From: an uncultured Bacteroidales bacterium
GTDB taxonomy: Bacteria > Bacteroidota > Bacteroidia > Bacteroidales > Paludibacteraceae
Direction of reading: 5' to 3'
Length of the DNA stretch: 64,000 bases
NCBI GenBank assembly: GCA_946187695.1
Contig: CAMHSB010000006.1
Coordinates: forward strand, 4,675-68,674
A model generated the notes under the pieces. That model did not search any database, had not been told where the DNA came from, and saw nothing but the letters and a program-made list of their open reading frames with translations. This document shows positions 45,665 through 57,533 of the stretch, one piece after another (positions within the stretch are counted from its first letter, which is position 1; each line of letters starts with the position of its first letter). Both the position numbers and the translations under genes were made by a program.

Positions 45665-46185
45665 AAGAGTTTGATGCCGTAACGGCAAAATGCCGGGCGA
45701 TTTTTGTGGACAAGATGCAGGATTACGGTCCGTCGTGGCGTATCTTCCGCCTGCACGGCATCACCGACCAGTTGTACATCAAGGTATGTAACATCCGTCA
45801 GCGTCAGACGACGGGTGTGAGTCTGGTAGGCGATGATATAGAGGGTAACCTGCGGGCGATCGTGAATTATGGTATCACGGCGATTATTCAGTCGCGGCAC
45901 GGGTACGCAGATTCGATTGATATGTCGCGCGAGCAGGCGGTAGAATTGTACGACAAGGTGCTGAACGAAGCCAAGGAGTTGATGGTACGCAAGAACCACG
46001 ATTACGGTGAGGCATGGCGCGAGATGAGTAAGGAAGGGATCGTGGATATGATTCTGGCCAAGATCATCCGCATCAAGACCATCCTCGAGAATGATGGTAA
46101 GACCATCGCGTCGGAAGGCGTTGAGGGTAACTATTTCGACATTATCAATTATGCCATTTTTGATTTGATACATTATGAAGGATAA
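45646..46185 (+). CDS. DUF1599-like protein
   Basis: [52 protein letters not shown]... The internal Met is chosen; the upstream part of the ORF overlaps hisS. Confidence 0.55.
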   Translation: MQHDTVKEFDAVTAKCRAIFVDKMQDYGPSWRIFRLHGITDQLYIKVCNIRQRQTTGVSLVGDDIEGNLRAIVNYGITAIIQSRHGYADSIDMSREQAVELYDKVLNEAKELMVRKNHDYGEAWREMSKEGIVDMILAKIIRIKTILENDGKTIASEGVEGNYFDIINYAIFDLIHYEG

Positions 46186-47284
46186 AGTACAACACATCAT
46201 TGGTAGCGTAGCGCGGACACTGCTGGCGATCACGTTTCTGTTCTCGGGCTTTGTGAAAGCCGTGGATCCGTTAGGAACGGTGTATAAGATAGAAGATTAT
46301 CTAAAGGCCTTTGGCGGGTGGATGACGGACCTGCTGCCGTTGGCAGGTGTGGCGGCGGTGTGCCTTATACTGGTAGAATGGTTGCTCGGTTGGGCGATGT
46401 TGTGTAACGTGCGCACGAGATGGACGAGTTGGCTGTCGCTGGTGTTCTATCTGGTGATGACCCCGCTGACGTTGTGGATCGCGCTGACGAACCCGGTGAG
46501 CGACTGCGGTTGTTTCGGTGACGCACTGGTGCTGACGAACTGGGAGACGTTCTGGAAGAATGTGGTGCTGCTGAGTCTGGTAGTGGTGCTGTTGGTATGC
46601 CAAAAAGCGATCCAGCCGCTGTGGCGCGCCGGCGTCGAGTACGTCATCCTGCTGTTGGCCTTGCTGTCCGGTATCGGAATCATGGGATACAGCTATAATC
46701 ACCTTCCCCCGCTTGATTTCCGTCCGTACAAGATCGGCAATAACATCCCCGAGTTGATGGAGATTCCGGAAGATGCGGAGCCGGACGTGTATGCGGTGAC
46801 CTTGATTTACGCCAAGGACGACGGCGAAGAACAGGAGTTCACGCTGGAGAACTACCCGAAGAACGATCCGGAGTGGTTCTTTGTGGACCAGAAATCGGTG
46901 CTGGTGAAGAAAGGTTACGAAGCGCCGATCCATGATTTTGAGATCCTGACGATGGATTTCGAGGATATCACGTACGATGTACTGGAGTCGGAAGCACCGG
47001 TGACTTTGGTGACGATGTACGATCTGAAGAAGACCGACCTCAAGCAGATCGATAAAGTACGCGATTTGTACAGTGCATGCTGGGAAAATGGTACGTTGTG
47101 CTATTTCCTGACGGGATCGGGCGAGGCAGATATCGAAGCCTTCTGCGATGAGCATGAGTTACCGATGGATGCGTTCTGCACGATGGATCCGGTGACCTTA
47201 AAGACGATTGTGCGTGCCAACCCGGGTGTGTTTGTGGTGGAAAACGGTACGATTATCGATAAATACAATTTGAAACAGAAATAA
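46175..47284 (+). CDS. Membrane protein with DoxX/MauE-like N-terminal TM domain and soluble C-terminal domain
   Basis: Four or five TM helices (LLAITFLFSGFVKAVDP), a CGCFG motif, then a ~180-aa soluble region. Confidence 0.45.
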   Translation: MKDKVQHIIGSVARTLLAITFLFSGFVKAVDPLGTVYKIEDYLKAFGGWMTDLLPLAGVAAVCLILVEWLLGWAMLCNVRTRWTSWLSLVFYLVMTPLTLWIALTNPVSDCGCFGDALVLTNWETFWKNVVLLSLVVVLLVCQKAIQPLWRAGVEYVILLLALLSGIGIMGYSYNHLPPLDFRPYKIGNNIPELMEIPEDAEPDVYAVTLIYAKDDGEEQEFTLENYPKNDPEWFFVDQKSVLVKKGYEAPIHDFEILTMDFEDITYDVLESEAPVTLVTMYDLKKTDLKQIDKVRDLYSACWENGTLCYFLTGSGEADIEAFCDEHELPMDAFCTMDPVTLKTIVRANPGVFVVENGTIIDKYNLKQK

Positions 47285-47287
47285 GGG

Positions 47288-48646
47288 ATGAGAAAACTTT
47301 TATTAGGACTTTTCCTACTGCCGTTGATCGCCGTGATGGCGGGTCAACGGAGCGCAGACCAAGCTGCTGAGATAGCCGCTCGGTTCTGCCATCAACAGCC
47401 GCGGGTAAGGCAGCTCCCTCAAGCATCGCGCGAGGTAGCGTCCGTTCGTCTGGTGCATGAGATGAAGAAGCGCAACAAAGACGAAGCGGCTTTCTATGTG
47501 TTCAATCAAACGGACGAGAAGGGTTTTGTGATCGTGTCGGCGGATGACCGCACGACGGACGAAGTGCTGGCGTACAGCAACGAGGGTACGTTCGATGCCG
47601 AGAAGATCAATCCGGCTTTTGCATGGTGGCTCAGTCGTTTCGCCAACGAGATCTCGTCGATCGAGGATGCTGCCGAACCGTATAACGCTCCGGCAGCGGA
47701 TTCGGTAGAGCCTATTGCGCCCTTGCTGGTGAATCAGGACGGTGTTGAGATCACCTGGTACCAACAGAAACCGTACAATAACCTCTGTCCGATGGACAAG
47801 TTGGACAACACACGGAGTTATACAGGCTGTGTAGCGACCGCCGCGGCGATGATCATGTACAAATGGCGCTGGCCGAAGACAGGTGTCGGTCGCAGCAGTT
47901 ATACGTGGCAGGACTGTCTGAAATACAATAATTATTCGGGGGATTGCACGAAGAGTGTGGATACGATTCTTACCGCGAATTATGCAGCCACGACCTACGA
48001 TTGGAACAATATGCTGCCCGCCTACAAAGGCCAGCCGTACACCACGGCGCAGGCCAAAGCGGTAGCGACTCTGATGTATCATGCCGGTGTGGCGAGTGAG
48101 ATGGGATACGGCGGCAATAAGGCCGGCGGTTCCGGTACGATGACGGATAATATGGCGTTTGGTCTGGCGGCTTATTTTGACTACAAGTACGATAAATATA
48201 TCACGATGTACGGTCAGTCGGATTGGGATGTGCATGACAATGTGCCGACCGATTACAATGTCGATCGTAAAAAGTTCATCGAGTATTTCAATGCGGATCT
48301 GGAGGCAGGTCGTCCGATCATCATGGGCGGAGAGAGCGGTAGCAGCGGTGGTCATGAGTTTGTTTGTGACGGCCGGGATAAAGATGGTAAGTTCCACATC
48401 AACTGGGGCTGGGAAGGAGAAGGCAACTGTTACACCACCCTCTATACTATGCAGCCGAGCGGTGAGACGGATAAGTTCAAAGACGGTTTGGATGCGATCA
48501 TCGGACTGCGTCCGAACGCTCCTTATGCGGTAGCGCAGACCGAGGCGGCTTCAGAAAAGCGTGCCCGGAAGGTGCTGCAGAACGGGCAAGTGCTCATCGT
48601 GCGCGAGAACGTGCGATATAATGTATTAGGACAGACGATCCAATAA
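47288..48646 (+). CDS. C10 family cysteine peptidase (streptopain-like) with T9SS-type C-terminal tail, paralog 1
   Basis: [16 protein letters not shown] (Cys), GGHEFVCDG (His), HINWGWEG. Tail KVLQNGQVLIVRENVRYNVLGQTIQ. Confidence 0.8.
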   Translation: MRKLLLGLFLLPLIAVMAGQRSADQAAEIAARFCHQQPRVRQLPQASREVASVRLVHEMKKRNKDEAAFYVFNQTDEKGFVIVSADDRTTDEVLAYSNEGTFDAEKINPAFAWWLSRFANEISSIEDAAEPYNAPAADSVEPIAPLLVNQDGVEITWYQQKPYNNLCPMDKLDNTRSYTGCVATAAAMIMYKWRWPKTGVGRSSYTWQDCLKYNNYSGDCTKSVDTILTANYAATTYDWNNMLPAYKGQPYTTAQAKAVATLMYHAGVASEMGYGGNKAGGSGTMTDNMAFGLAAYFDYKYDKYITMYGQSDWDVHDNVPTDYNVDRKKFIEYFNADLEAGRPIIMGGESGSSGGHEFVCDGRDKDGKFHINWGWEGEGNCYTTLYTMQPSGETDKFKDGLDAIIGLRPNAPYAVAQTEAASEKRARKVLQNGQVLIVRENVRYNVLGQTIQ

Positions 48647-48667
48647 ACACAAGAAATATAATCTATC

Positions 48668-50788
48668 ATGAAGAAATTTTGGGTAGGCCTTTTGGCCCTG
48701 ACAGTGTCGATGACACTATTCGCAGAGCGCGTGAGTGTAGATGATGCAGCGCTCGTAGCAAATCATTTTATGAATGCGGCATCCGCAAACACGAATGTAA
48801 AGAAAGCCGTTCCGGCAAAGAAAATGGTGCGCAAAGCCACCGCAACGGAGGACTTATATTACCTGTATGAGAACGAGAACGGTGAGGGATGGGTGCTTGT
48901 GTCGGCCAACGACGCGATGACGCCGATCTTAGCGTACTCGGAGACGGGTCATTTCCGTACGGACAACATGCCGTCAAACCTGAAGAAATGGCTGAGTAAG
49001 TACAACGACTTCACCCGTAAGATCGAGGCGGACGGTGTCGTAGCCGGTGAGGAAGCACAGAACGAATGGAAAGCGCTGCGCAAGGGTGCACGTAAAGCGA
49101 CGGCCGCTGTGGTGGTAGGTCCGCTCGTGAAGACGACCTGGGATCAGGACGCTCCGTACTGGAACCTCTGCCCCGGACAGGAAAGCCAAAACACCAAAGC
49201 CTACACGGGCTGTGTGGCTACGGCGATGGCACAGGTGATGAACTACTGGCAGTGGCCGGAGCAAGGAACAGGCAGCCGTACGTATCAACCGCAGGACCCG
49301 AACAGTAACACGGGTGCCAAATCCAAACGGTACGGTCAACAAACGGCTAATTTCGGTGCGACGACCTACGACTGGGCACACATGAAGAATAGTTATAGCG
49401 GCAGTTATACGGAGACCGAGGCTACGGCGGTAGCAACCCTGATGTATCACTGCGGAGTAGCGACGGATATGATGTACGGTAATGACGCGGACGGCGGTTC
49501 GGGTACGTACACGGTGAATTATGGCGACTGGGATTGGTCTGACAGCGAAGGCGAGTGCGCCCAGAATGCGCTTTATAAGTTCTTCGGTTATAAGAAACCG
49601 ACCGGTTATATGCGTGACGGTTACACCTACAACCGAACGAAATACTACGACGCTTGGTCGGATGCCGACTGGACGGCGATGATCAAGGCTGAGTTGGATC
49701 TGCAACACCCGATCATGTATGCCGGTGCCGGTGACGGTGGTGGTCACAGTTTCATCTGCGACGGCTACAGAACGGATAACTATTTCCACTTCAACTGGGG
49801 ATGGTCCGGCAGCAACGACGGCTACTATAAACTGTCGAACCTGGCTCCGGGTAGCGGTGGTGCCGGTGGTGGCGACTACTCTTTCTCGGAGAATCAGGAT
49901 GTGATCATCGGTATCGTACCGGATCGTGAGGAGCCGGAGGTGCTGCCTACGGTGCATATCACCTGGGCAGTGAACGGCGTAGCGGGAACACCGGTGGAGA
50001 TGAATGCAGGCGACCTGATCACGCTGCCGGCTGATCCGACGTGTGACTGCGGTAAGGTGTTCGTAGGCTGGACCGAGCAGATCAGTATCATCAACGGCGA
50101 GCGTCCGTCCGATCTGTTCACGAGCAATGAGGGCAAGAAAGCGACATCCGATAAGACGTATTACGCTGTATTCGCTGATCAAGAAGGCGAAGGCGGTGCG
50201 CCGGTGAACGATGTACTGACCCGCGAGACGACAGGTGTGACCAGCACGAGTTACACAGAATGGAGCGGCAAGACCTGTGCTTCGAGTGCCGTTTATGCCG
50301 GTATGAGTGCAGGTGGTCATGAGTCTATTCAGTTGCGTACAAAGAACAAGAACGAGGGTATCATCATGACCCAATCCGGTGGTAACGTAACGAAGATCAC
50401 GATCGATTGGAACGAGAACACGAGTGCCGACCGTAAGTTGGATATCTACGGAAAGAACACCGCCTACTCTTCCGTATCGGATCTGTACGGCGACAAGCAA
50501 GGAACCAAACTCGGTCAGTTAGCATGCGGCGAGACAGAGTTGAACTTAAACGGCGATTATCAGTTTATCGGTATCCGCTCCAACACCAGTGCGTTATATC
50601 TGACCTCGATCGTTATTTCGTGGGGTGGCGGTATAGTACACAGTAACTTCAGTATGAACTGTTGCGCCACGGAGGGTATCTCCAACACGAAAGTAGCCGA
50701 CAAGGCTGTAAAAATGATGGAGAACGGACAGATTGTGATCCTCCGCGACAATAAGAAATATTCCATTTTCGGACAACGTATACAATAA
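48668..50788 (+). CDS. C10 family cysteine peptidase with extended C-terminal region and T9SS-type tail, paralog 2
   Basis: [34 protein letters not shown]. Tail [24 protein letters not shown]. Confidence 0.8.
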   Translation: MKKFWVGLLALTVSMTLFAERVSVDDAALVANHFMNAASANTNVKKAVPAKKMVRKATATEDLYYLYENENGEGWVLVSANDAMTPILAYSETGHFRTDNMPSNLKKWLSKYNDFTRKIEADGVVAGEEAQNEWKALRKGARKATAAVVVGPLVKTTWDQDAPYWNLCPGQESQNTKAYTGCVATAMAQVMNYWQWPEQGTGSRTYQPQDPNSNTGAKSKRYGQQTANFGATTYDWAHMKNSYSGSYTETEATAVATLMYHCGVATDMMYGNDADGGSGTYTVNYGDWDWSDSEGECAQNALYKFFGYKKPTGYMRDGYTYNRTKYYDAWSDADWTAMIKAELDLQHPIMYAGAGDGGGHSFICDGYRTDNYFHFNWGWSGSNDGYYKLSNLAPGSGGAGGGDYSFSENQDVIIGIVPDREEPEVLPTVHITWAVNGVAGTPVEMNAGDLITLPADPTCDCGKVFVGWTEQISIINGERPSDLFTSNEGKKATSDKTYYAVFADQEGEGGAPVNDVLTRETTGVTSTSYTEWSGKTCASSAVYAGMSAGGHESIQLRTKNKNEGIIMTQSGGNVTKITIDWNENTSADRKLDIYGKNTAYSSVSDLYGDKQGTKLGQLACGETELNLNGDYQFIGIRSNTSALYLTSIVISWGGGIVHSNFSMNCCATEGISNTKVADKAVKMMENGQIVILRDNKKYSIFGQRIQ

Positions 50789-50797
50789 AGAAATATC

Positions 50798-52999
50798 ATG
50801 AAGAAATTTTGGTTAGGCCTTGCGGCCTTGATGGTGTCGGTGACACTTTTTGCTGAGCGCGTGAGCTTGGATGATGCAGCGCTCGTAGCAAATCATTTTA
50901 TGAATGCGGCATCCGCAAACACGAATGCAAAGAAAGCCGTTCCGGCAAAGAAGATGGTTCGCAAAGCGTCGGCGCCCGAGGACCTGTTTTACCTCTACGA
51001 GAACGAGAACGGTGAGGGTTGGGTGATCGTATCTGCCAACGATGCGATGCGGCCTATTCTGGCGTACTCGGAGACGGGTCATTTCCGCACGGATAACATG
51101 CCCTCGAACATCAAAAACTGGCTCGGTAAGTACAACACCTTCACCCGTCGCATCGAGGCGGACGGTGTAGAAGCAAGTGAAGAGGCACAGAATCAGTGGA
51201 AAGCGCTGCGCAAGGGTGCACGCACTGCAACCGCTTCCGTAGTAGTGGGTCCGCTGATTCAGACCACTTGGGATCAGGACGCTCCGTACTGGAACCTCTG
51301 CCCGGGAAGCGGAAACAGCAAAGCTTATACAGGCTGTGTAGCGACAGCGATGGCGCAGGTGATGAAATACTGGGAGTGGCCGGTACAGGGAACGGGTAGC
51401 CACAGCTATCGTCCCTTGGATCCGAACGAACCGTATCAAACGGATGAAGATGGAAATTATGTTGTCGATCAGTATAATCAGCTTATCCCGAATTACTCCT
51501 CGTACAGTCAGCAAACGGTTAATTTCGCCAATACCACCTACGACTGGGATAATATGCTGAATAGTTATTCCGGTTCTGCTACGACCGCTCAGAAGAACGC
51601 CGTAGCGACTTTGATGTACCATGCCGGTGTGGGCGTGGAGATGATGTACGGCGATGCCAATGCAGGCGGTTCGGGTGCTCAAACGGCTAATTATGGCATC
51701 TACGAGACGGCAGAGTGGCCTTGTGCCCAGAATGCGCTGCACGAGTTCTTCGGCTATAAGATGGACAGTATCGTCAGCTATATGCGCGCGGGTTATGAAG
51801 AGAACGGGTACACGTATTATGACGCTTGGTCAGATGCCGATTGGAAAGCCATGCTGAAGGCAGAGTTGAATAAAAACCGCCCGATCATGTATGCCGGCGC
51901 AGGTCCGACTATTTACGACGGCGGTCACAGCTTTATCTGCGACGGATACCGCTCGGATGACTATTTCCACTTCAACTGGGGATGGTCCGGTAGCGGCGAC
52001 GGCTATTATCTGCTGGACAACCTGTGTCCTCCGAAAGGCGGCATCGGTGGCGGTAGTTATGACTTCAATTATGATCAGGACGTGATCATCGGTATCGTGC
52101 CGGATCGCGCTGACCTGCCACCGGTAACGATTACTTGGTCGGTGAATGGTGAAACTTCGACCACAGAAGTAGTACCGGGTAAGACGGCAGTACCGGCTGT
52201 TACCCCGGAGAGTTGCCAGAATGGTAAAGTATTCGTAGGTTGGACGGAACAGAGCAACGTAAGCGGCACAGCACCCGCTGACCTCTTTACCACCGGTAAG
52301 GTGATTAACGAGGCGACTACTTTCTACGCTGTGTTTGCTACAACAGAGGAAGGTGGTAGCGCTCCGACGAACGATTATCAGAAGATTACTTCGACCACAG
52401 AGTTGGAGGACGGCAATTATATTGTAGTTGGATACTATAACTCGAATTATTTCGCCATGAAGAATCAATTGACGAGTAATGGCTTCTACATTGACCAACA
52501 ACAAGTATCGCCGGCTTCTTCAGGGATGATTACCACGACAGACGGTAATATAATCTGGCAAATCGCCCTCAATAACAACACGCTTTCTTTCTACAATATA
52601 TCCGAAGGTAAATACGTACATATTTATAAAAACGGCAACTATACAAATGCCGGTTTTACGACCAGTGCCAGCGATAACATCCATTTCTCTTATACTGTAA
52701 ATAATGGTTCATGGGATTTCGTGAACATGGCGATAACCGGTAAGAATCACTTGGAGTACTACGGTTCCAAGAGCGATTTCACCGCTTACACAAGTGCCGG
52801 TGATCCGATCTATCTGTATAAGCAGCAAGTAGGACCTTCTATCACTTATAGCGATTATACCACCGTTCTTAATTGCGGAACAACGGCTATCGTGAACCAA
52901 GTGGTAGCAGTGAAGGCAGTGAAAGTGCTGGAGAACGGACAGATCGTGATCCTCCGCGACAATAAGAAATACTCGATTATCGGACAACAAATACAATAA
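50798..52999 (+). CDS. C10 family cysteine peptidase with extended C-terminal region and T9SS-type tail, paralog 3
   Basis: [34 protein letters not shown]. Tail [24 protein letters not shown]. Confidence 0.8.
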   Translation: MKKFWLGLAALMVSVTLFAERVSLDDAALVANHFMNAASANTNAKKAVPAKKMVRKASAPEDLFYLYENENGEGWVIVSANDAMRPILAYSETGHFRTDNMPSNIKNWLGKYNTFTRRIEADGVEASEEAQNQWKALRKGARTATASVVVGPLIQTTWDQDAPYWNLCPGSGNSKAYTGCVATAMAQVMKYWEWPVQGTGSHSYRPLDPNEPYQTDEDGNYVVDQYNQLIPNYSSYSQQTVNFANTTYDWDNMLNSYSGSATTAQKNAVATLMYHAGVGVEMMYGDANAGGSGAQTANYGIYETAEWPCAQNALHEFFGYKMDSIVSYMRAGYEENGYTYYDAWSDADWKAMLKAELNKNRPIMYAGAGPTIYDGGHSFICDGYRSDDYFHFNWGWSGSGDGYYLLDNLCPPKGGIGGGSYDFNYDQDVIIGIVPDRADLPPVTITWSVNGETSTTEVVPGKTAVPAVTPESCQNGKVFVGWTEQSNVSGTAPADLFTTGKVINEATTFYAVFATTEEGGSAPTNDYQKITSTTELEDGNYIVVGYYNSNYFAMKNQLTSNGFYIDQQQVSPASSGMITTTDGNIIWQIALNNNTLSFYNISEGKYVHIYKNGNYTNAGFTTSASDNIHFSYTVNNGSWDFVNMAITGKNHLEYYGSKSDFTAYTSAGDPIYLYKQQVGPSITYSDYTTVLNCGTTAIVNQVVAVKAVKVLENGQIVILRDNKKYSIIGQQIQ

Positions 53000-53019
53000 A
53001 CAATAAAACAGATACACTT

Positions 53020-53769
53020 ATGAGAACAAAAATGGTTGCAGGCAACTGGAAAATGAACAAGAACCTGCAGGAAGGAATCGCTTTGGCATCGGAGCTCAAA
53101 GCCGCAGTAAAAGACCCCAAATGTGCCGTGGTTATCGGTACACCGTTTATTCATCTGGCATCGGTAGCAGAGCTGCTGAAGGGTAGCCCGATCAAGGTGG
53201 CTGCAGAAAACTGCGCAGATCACGAGAAGGGTGCCTACACGGGCGAGGTTAGCGCAGAGATGGTAAAGTCCACCGGTGCTGAGTACGTGATCCTCGGTCA
53301 CTCGGAGCGTCGTCAGTACTATGCCGAGAGCTATGAGATGCTGGCAGAGAAAGTACGTCTCGCTTTGGCAAACGGTCTAAAGGTGATCTTCTGCATCGGT
53401 GAGGTGAAAGAAGAGCGTGAGGCCGGCAAGCAGAACGAGGTAGTAAAAGCTCAACTCGAGGGTTCGGTCTTCGGTCTGAGCGCAGAGGAGTGGAAGCACA
53501 TCACGTTGGCTTACGAGCCGGTATGGGCGATCGGTACGGGTCTGACGGCTACGCCCGCACAGGCACAGGAGATCCACGCTTACATCCGTGGTCTGATAGC
53601 AGACAAATACGGTAAAGCAGCGGCAGAAGACACCACGATCCTCTACGGCGGTAGCTGCAATGAGAAGAACGCTGCTGAGCTCTTCGCTTGCCCGGATATC
53701 GACGGCGGTTTGATCGGTGGTGCTGCCCTCGTAGCAGAGAAATTCCTCGCTATTATCGCTGCCAGATAA
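53020..53769 (+). CDS. tpiA: Triose-phosphate isomerase
   Basis: [16 protein letters not shown] and [11 protein letters not shown] motifs. Confidence 0.95.
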   Translation: MRTKMVAGNWKMNKNLQEGIALASELKAAVKDPKCAVVIGTPFIHLASVAELLKGSPIKVAAENCADHEKGAYTGEVSAEMVKSTGAEYVILGHSERRQYYAESYEMLAEKVRLALANGLKVIFCIGEVKEEREAGKQNEVVKAQLEGSVFGLSAEEWKHITLAYEPVWAIGTGLTATPAQAQEIHAYIRGLIADKYGKAAAEDTTILYGGSCNEKNAAELFACPDIDGGLIGGAALVAEKFLAIIAAR

Positions 53770-53801
53770 CTAGAAATCTAGAATTCTAGAAATCTAGAAA
53801 A
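53770..53801 (+). repeat. (CTAGAAWT)x4 octamer tandem repeat filling the tpiA-downstream spacer
   Basis: CTAGAAAT CTAGAATT CTAGAAAT CTAGAAAA, read directly between the TAA (53767-69) and the ATG (53804). Confidence 0.9.
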
Positions 53802-53803
53802 CT

Positions 53804-54328
53804 ATGGCTCTAATCAAATCGATTAATCGAAACGGCGAAATCCTGACACCGCATATCGCTGACGACGTTTTCATGGCGGAGAACGCCACGGTCGTCGGCG
53901 ATGTGACGGTAGGGGAAGGCAGCAGTCTGTGGTTCAACAGTGTGCTCCGCGGCGATGTGAACACTATCGTGGTGGGGAAGCATTGTAATATTCAGGACGG
54001 CGCCGTGCTGCATACGCTCTATCAGAAATCGACCATCCGTCTGGGTGACTTCGTGTCCGTAGGGCACAACGTGACTATCCACGGTGCAGACGTCGATGAC
54101 TTCGCGCTGATCGGTATGGGTGCTACCCTACTCGACGGTGCGCATGTAGGCGAAGGAGCGATCGTAGCAGCAGGCGCACTCGTGCTCTCCAACACGCAGA
54201 TCGGACCGCACGAGATCTGGGGCGGCGTGCCGGCGAAATTCATTAAGAAAGCCGATCCGGTGCAGACTGCAGAGATTAACAAAAAAATTGCCAATAACTA
54301 CGCGATGTATGCATCGTGGTACCGTTAA
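53804..54328 (+). CDS. Gamma carbonic anhydrase-family / hexapeptide-repeat protein
   Basis: VVGDVTVGEGSSLWFNSVLRGDVN...IQDGAVLH, a left-handed beta-helix pattern. Confidence 0.75.
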   Translation: MALIKSINRNGEILTPHIADDVFMAENATVVGDVTVGEGSSLWFNSVLRGDVNTIVVGKHCNIQDGAVLHTLYQKSTIRLGDFVSVGHNVTIHGADVDDFALIGMGATLLDGAHVGEGAIVAAGALVLSNTQIGPHEIWGGVPAKFIKKADPVQTAEINKKIANNYAMYASWYR

Positions 54329-54353
54329 ATTGATAAAACGTTAAATCGTTATT

Positions 54354-55058
54354 ATGTATAAACGCATTCTTTTAAAACTATCCGGTGAGAGCCTTGCCGG
54401 AGAAAACAAGCAAGGCATTGACACCGAGCGTCTGAACCAGTATGCCGAGCAGGTGAAAGCCATTGCACAAAAAGGCGTGCAGGTCGGTATCGTCATAGGC
54501 GGCGGAAACATCTTCCGTGGCCTAAGCGGTGCACAACGCGGTTTTGACCGTGTCAAAGGCGACCAGATGGGTATGTTAGCTACCGTCATCAATGCGCTGG
54601 CATTGCAGAGCGCCCTCGAAGCGATCGGTCAGCCGGTACGTGTACTGACCTCTATCCGCATGGAGCCGATCGGTGATTTCTACAGTCCCGCTAAGGCGCA
54701 ACGTCTGCTGGAGAAAGGCAATGTAGTCATCTTGGCAGGCGGTACGGGTGCACCCTACTTCACCACCGATACGGGCTCGAGTCTCCGCGCACTGGAGATC
54801 AAAGCCGAGGTGATGCTCAAAGGTACGCGTGTGGACGGAATCTACACCGCCGACCCGGAGAAAGACCCGACGGCTACCAAGTTCTCAGAAATCACTTATG
54901 ATGAAGTGATTCGCCGCGGACTGAAAGTGATGGACCAGACGGCCACCGTCATGTGCAAAGAGAACGGCATGCCGATCTATGTATTCTGCATGGATCAGGT
55001 AGGCAACCTTGAGAAAGTTATTAATGGAGAGGCTATCGGCACTCTCGTAAAACCCTAA
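54354..55058 (+). CDS. pyrH: UMP kinase
   Basis: [25 protein letters not shown] and [11 protein letters not shown] motifs. Confidence 0.95.
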   Translation: MYKRILLKLSGESLAGENKQGIDTERLNQYAEQVKAIAQKGVQVGIVIGGGNIFRGLSGAQRGFDRVKGDQMGMLATVINALALQSALEAIGQPVRVLTSIRMEPIGDFYSPAKAQRLLEKGNVVILAGGTGAPYFTTDTGSSLRALEIKAEVMLKGTRVDGIYTADPEKDPTATKFSEITYDEVIRRGLKVMDQTATVMCKENGMPIYVFCMDQVGNLEKVINGEAIGTLVKP

Positions 55059-55062
55059 TAGT

Positions 55063-55626
55063 ATGAACGACGAATTAGAATTATTTGAGTCTGCAGCAGA
55101 AGAGCAGATGCAAAACGCTGTCACTCACTTAGACGACACCCTCCAGCACATCCGTGCCGGTAAAGCCAACCCGCGTATCCTTGAACCGATCAAGATCGAT
55201 TATTACGGTACGATGTCTCCGCTTAGCAGCTGCGCTACGATCGTAACACCGGATGCCCGGACGATTGCCATCACGCCGTGGGAGAAGAAACTGATCAGCG
55301 ACATCGAGCGCGCGATCATCAACTCGAATATCGGTCTGGCACCGTCCAATAACGGCGAGACCATCCGTCTGGTGCTGCCGCCGCTGACCGAGGAGCGCCG
55401 TCGTGAGCTCTGTAAGCAGTGCAAGGGCGAGGCAGAACAAGCCAAGATGTCCATCCGTAACGCCCGCCGTGACGCGATTGAAGAGTTTAAGAAACTCGTG
55501 AAGAACGGCTTGAGCGAAGACATCGAGAAAGATGCCGAAGAGGACATGCAGAAGACCCACGATAAATATATCGCCAAAGTCGATGCCCTCTACGCAGCTA
55601 AAGAGAAAGAGATCATGACGGTTTAA
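55063..55626 (+). CDS. frr: Ribosome recycling factor
   Basis: 187 aa. [21 protein letters not shown] and [12 protein letters not shown] motifs. Confidence 0.95.
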   Translation: MNDELELFESAAEEQMQNAVTHLDDTLQHIRAGKANPRILEPIKIDYYGTMSPLSSCATIVTPDARTIAITPWEKKLISDIERAIINSNIGLAPSNNGETIRLVLPPLTEERRRELCKQCKGEAEQAKMSIRNARRDAIEEFKKLVKNGLSEDIEKDAEEDMQKTHDKYIAKVDALYAAKEKEIMTV

Positions 55627-56528
55627 TGCGCGGTTTAGTCATTAAATCTACGGGTAGTAGTTACATCGTTCGCATGGACGATGGTACGAGTGCGGAGTGC
55701 CGGATCAAAGGCAACTTCCGCATTCGTGGTATCCGTAGCACCAATCCGGTAGCGGTAGGCGATTTTGTACAAGTCGAAGAGGGATGGATCATGGAGGTGG
55801 AGGATCGTCGGAACTATATCATCCGGCGATCGACCAATCTGAGCAAAGAGAGTCATATCCTCGCTGCCAACATCGACCAGGTGGCGCTCATCGTGACCGT
55901 CAACCACCCTGTCACTTCCACCACTTTCATTGACCGCTTCCTGGCTACATGCGAGGCCTATCGCGTGCGCGCGATCCTTATTTTTAATAAGATAGACCTG
56001 TTGACGGAAGAGGAGTTGGCGCAACTTGCAGAGCTGCGTGCCCTCTACGAGTCCATCGGCTATCAGACGATGGAGATCTCTGCCATCCGTTGTCAGCCTT
56101 CTGACGTCATCCCCTTCCTTCAAGGCAAGACCACTCTACTCTCCGGTAACTCCGGTGTTGGTAAGAGCACCCTGCTCAATGCCCTGTTCGGACAAGAGAT
56201 GACACGTACCGGTAAGATCTCCGATGCCCACGATAAGGGCATGCATACCACCACCTTCTCGGAGATGTATTTCCTGGAGGACGGCGCGATCATTGACACC
56301 CCGGGTATCAAGGGTTTTGGCACGATTGATTTTCAGAAAGAAGAAGTCAGTCATTACTTCCGGGAGATCTTCGAAGCCGGTCATGACTGCCGTTTCGGTA
56401 ACTGTACGCACACCAACGAACCCGGCTGCGCCGTGCAGGACAAAATAATAACGGGAGACATCGCTATCTCCCGTTACGAATCGTACTTATCGATGCTCGG
56501 TGACTGCACCGAGTCCAAGTACCGTTAA
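55626..56528 (+). CDS. rsgA: Ribosome small-subunit-dependent GTPase A
   Basis: [19 protein letters not shown] and the zinc motif [16 protein letters not shown]. Confidence 0.9.
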   Translation: MRGLVIKSTGSSYIVRMDDGTSAECRIKGNFRIRGIRSTNPVAVGDFVQVEEGWIMEVEDRRNYIIRRSTNLSKESHILAANIDQVALIVTVNHPVTSTTFIDRFLATCEAYRVRAILIFNKIDLLTEEELAQLAELRALYESIGYQTMEISAIRCQPSDVIPFLQGKTTLLSGNSGVGKSTLLNALFGQEMTRTGKISDAHDKGMHTTTFSEMYFLEDGAIIDTPGIKGFGTIDFQKEEVSHYFREIFEAGHDCRFGNCTHTNEPGCAVQDKIITGDIAISRYESYLSMLGDCTESKYR

Positions 56529-57533
56529 TCACATTTCCCAACTTTCCAAAGTAGCGGTCAGTTCATCGAAGGTCTTAGCTTTCGATGAAGCACGTACGTC
56601 GGCTATCTGCTTGTTGACGGCCTGATCGTAGGTCTCAGCCTCCACTTCACGGATGACTCCTAACGCGATCGGCAGCTCATGATCTTCCTGTCCCATAAGT
56701 GCCAGCATACGGTGCAAGGTCGTGTCCGCCTGATGCGCATCGTGCACGAGCACACGCGGATCGTCTGCCGGCACGACGATGATCTTCGGCACAAAAGTGA
56801 CCGGATCGATCTCTACTGCCAAGCCCTTGTCATTCTCCTTGCCAAAAAGCATCTTCTGTCCATGCTTGAGGATGATACTATGCTCTGCGCGTTGCTCGCG
56901 GTCGGCTATCCAGGCATGCGTGCCGTTATTAAAGATCACACAATTGACCAGACACTCCACGATCGAGCAGCCCTTGTGCTGCTGCGCTGCCACCATACAA
57001 TCGACCGTCGTCGGCATATCGACATCAAGCGTGCGGGCAAAGAACGTACCACGGGCTCCTAACACCAGTTGTGCAGGGATGAACGGACGCTCTACCGTAC
57101 CGAACGGACTCGACTTGGACACAAAGCCCTTCGGGCTCGTCGGACTGTACTGGCCCTTGGTTAGACCATAGATGCGGTTGTTGAACACGCAGACGTTGAG
57201 GTCCACATTACGGCGTATCTCATGGATAAAATGGTTACCACCGATGGCAAAGCAATCGCCGTCACCACTCATCTGCCAAACGGTCAACTCCGGATGACTC
57301 GTCTTCACACCGGTAGCCACAGCACCGCCACGACCGTGGATCGTGTTGAAGCCGTAGGTGTTCAGGTAATGCGGCATACGACTCGAGCAACCGATACCGG
57401 AAATGACTGCCACTTCATGCGTCGGGATACCTATCTGCGCCATCGCTTTCTGCAAGGCCATACATATCGCATGATCACCGCAGCCCGGGCAGAAACGTAC
57501 ATATTGATCTGATTTGAAATCACTTGCTTGCAT
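56529..57533 (-). CDS. korB: 2-oxoacid:ferredoxin oxidoreductase, beta subunit
   Basis: FCPGCGDH and GDGDCFAIGGNH TPP-binding motifs. Confidence 0.85.
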   Translation of the reverse strand: MQASDFKSDQYVRFCPGCGDHAICMALQKAMAQIGIPTHEVAVISGIGCSSRMPHYLNTYGFNTIHGRGGAVATGVKTSHPELTVWQMSGDGDCFAIGGNHFIHEIRRNVDLNVCVFNNRIYGLTKGQYSPTSPKGFVSKSSPFGTVERPFIPAQLVLGARGTFFARTLDVDMPTTVDCMVAAQQHKGCSIVECLVNCVIFNNGTHAWIADREQRAEHSIILKHGQKMLFGKENDKGLAVEIDPVTFVPKIIVVPADDPRVLVHDAHQADTTLHRMLALMGQEDHELPIALGVIREVEAETYDQAVNKQIADVRASSKAKTFDELTATLESWEM

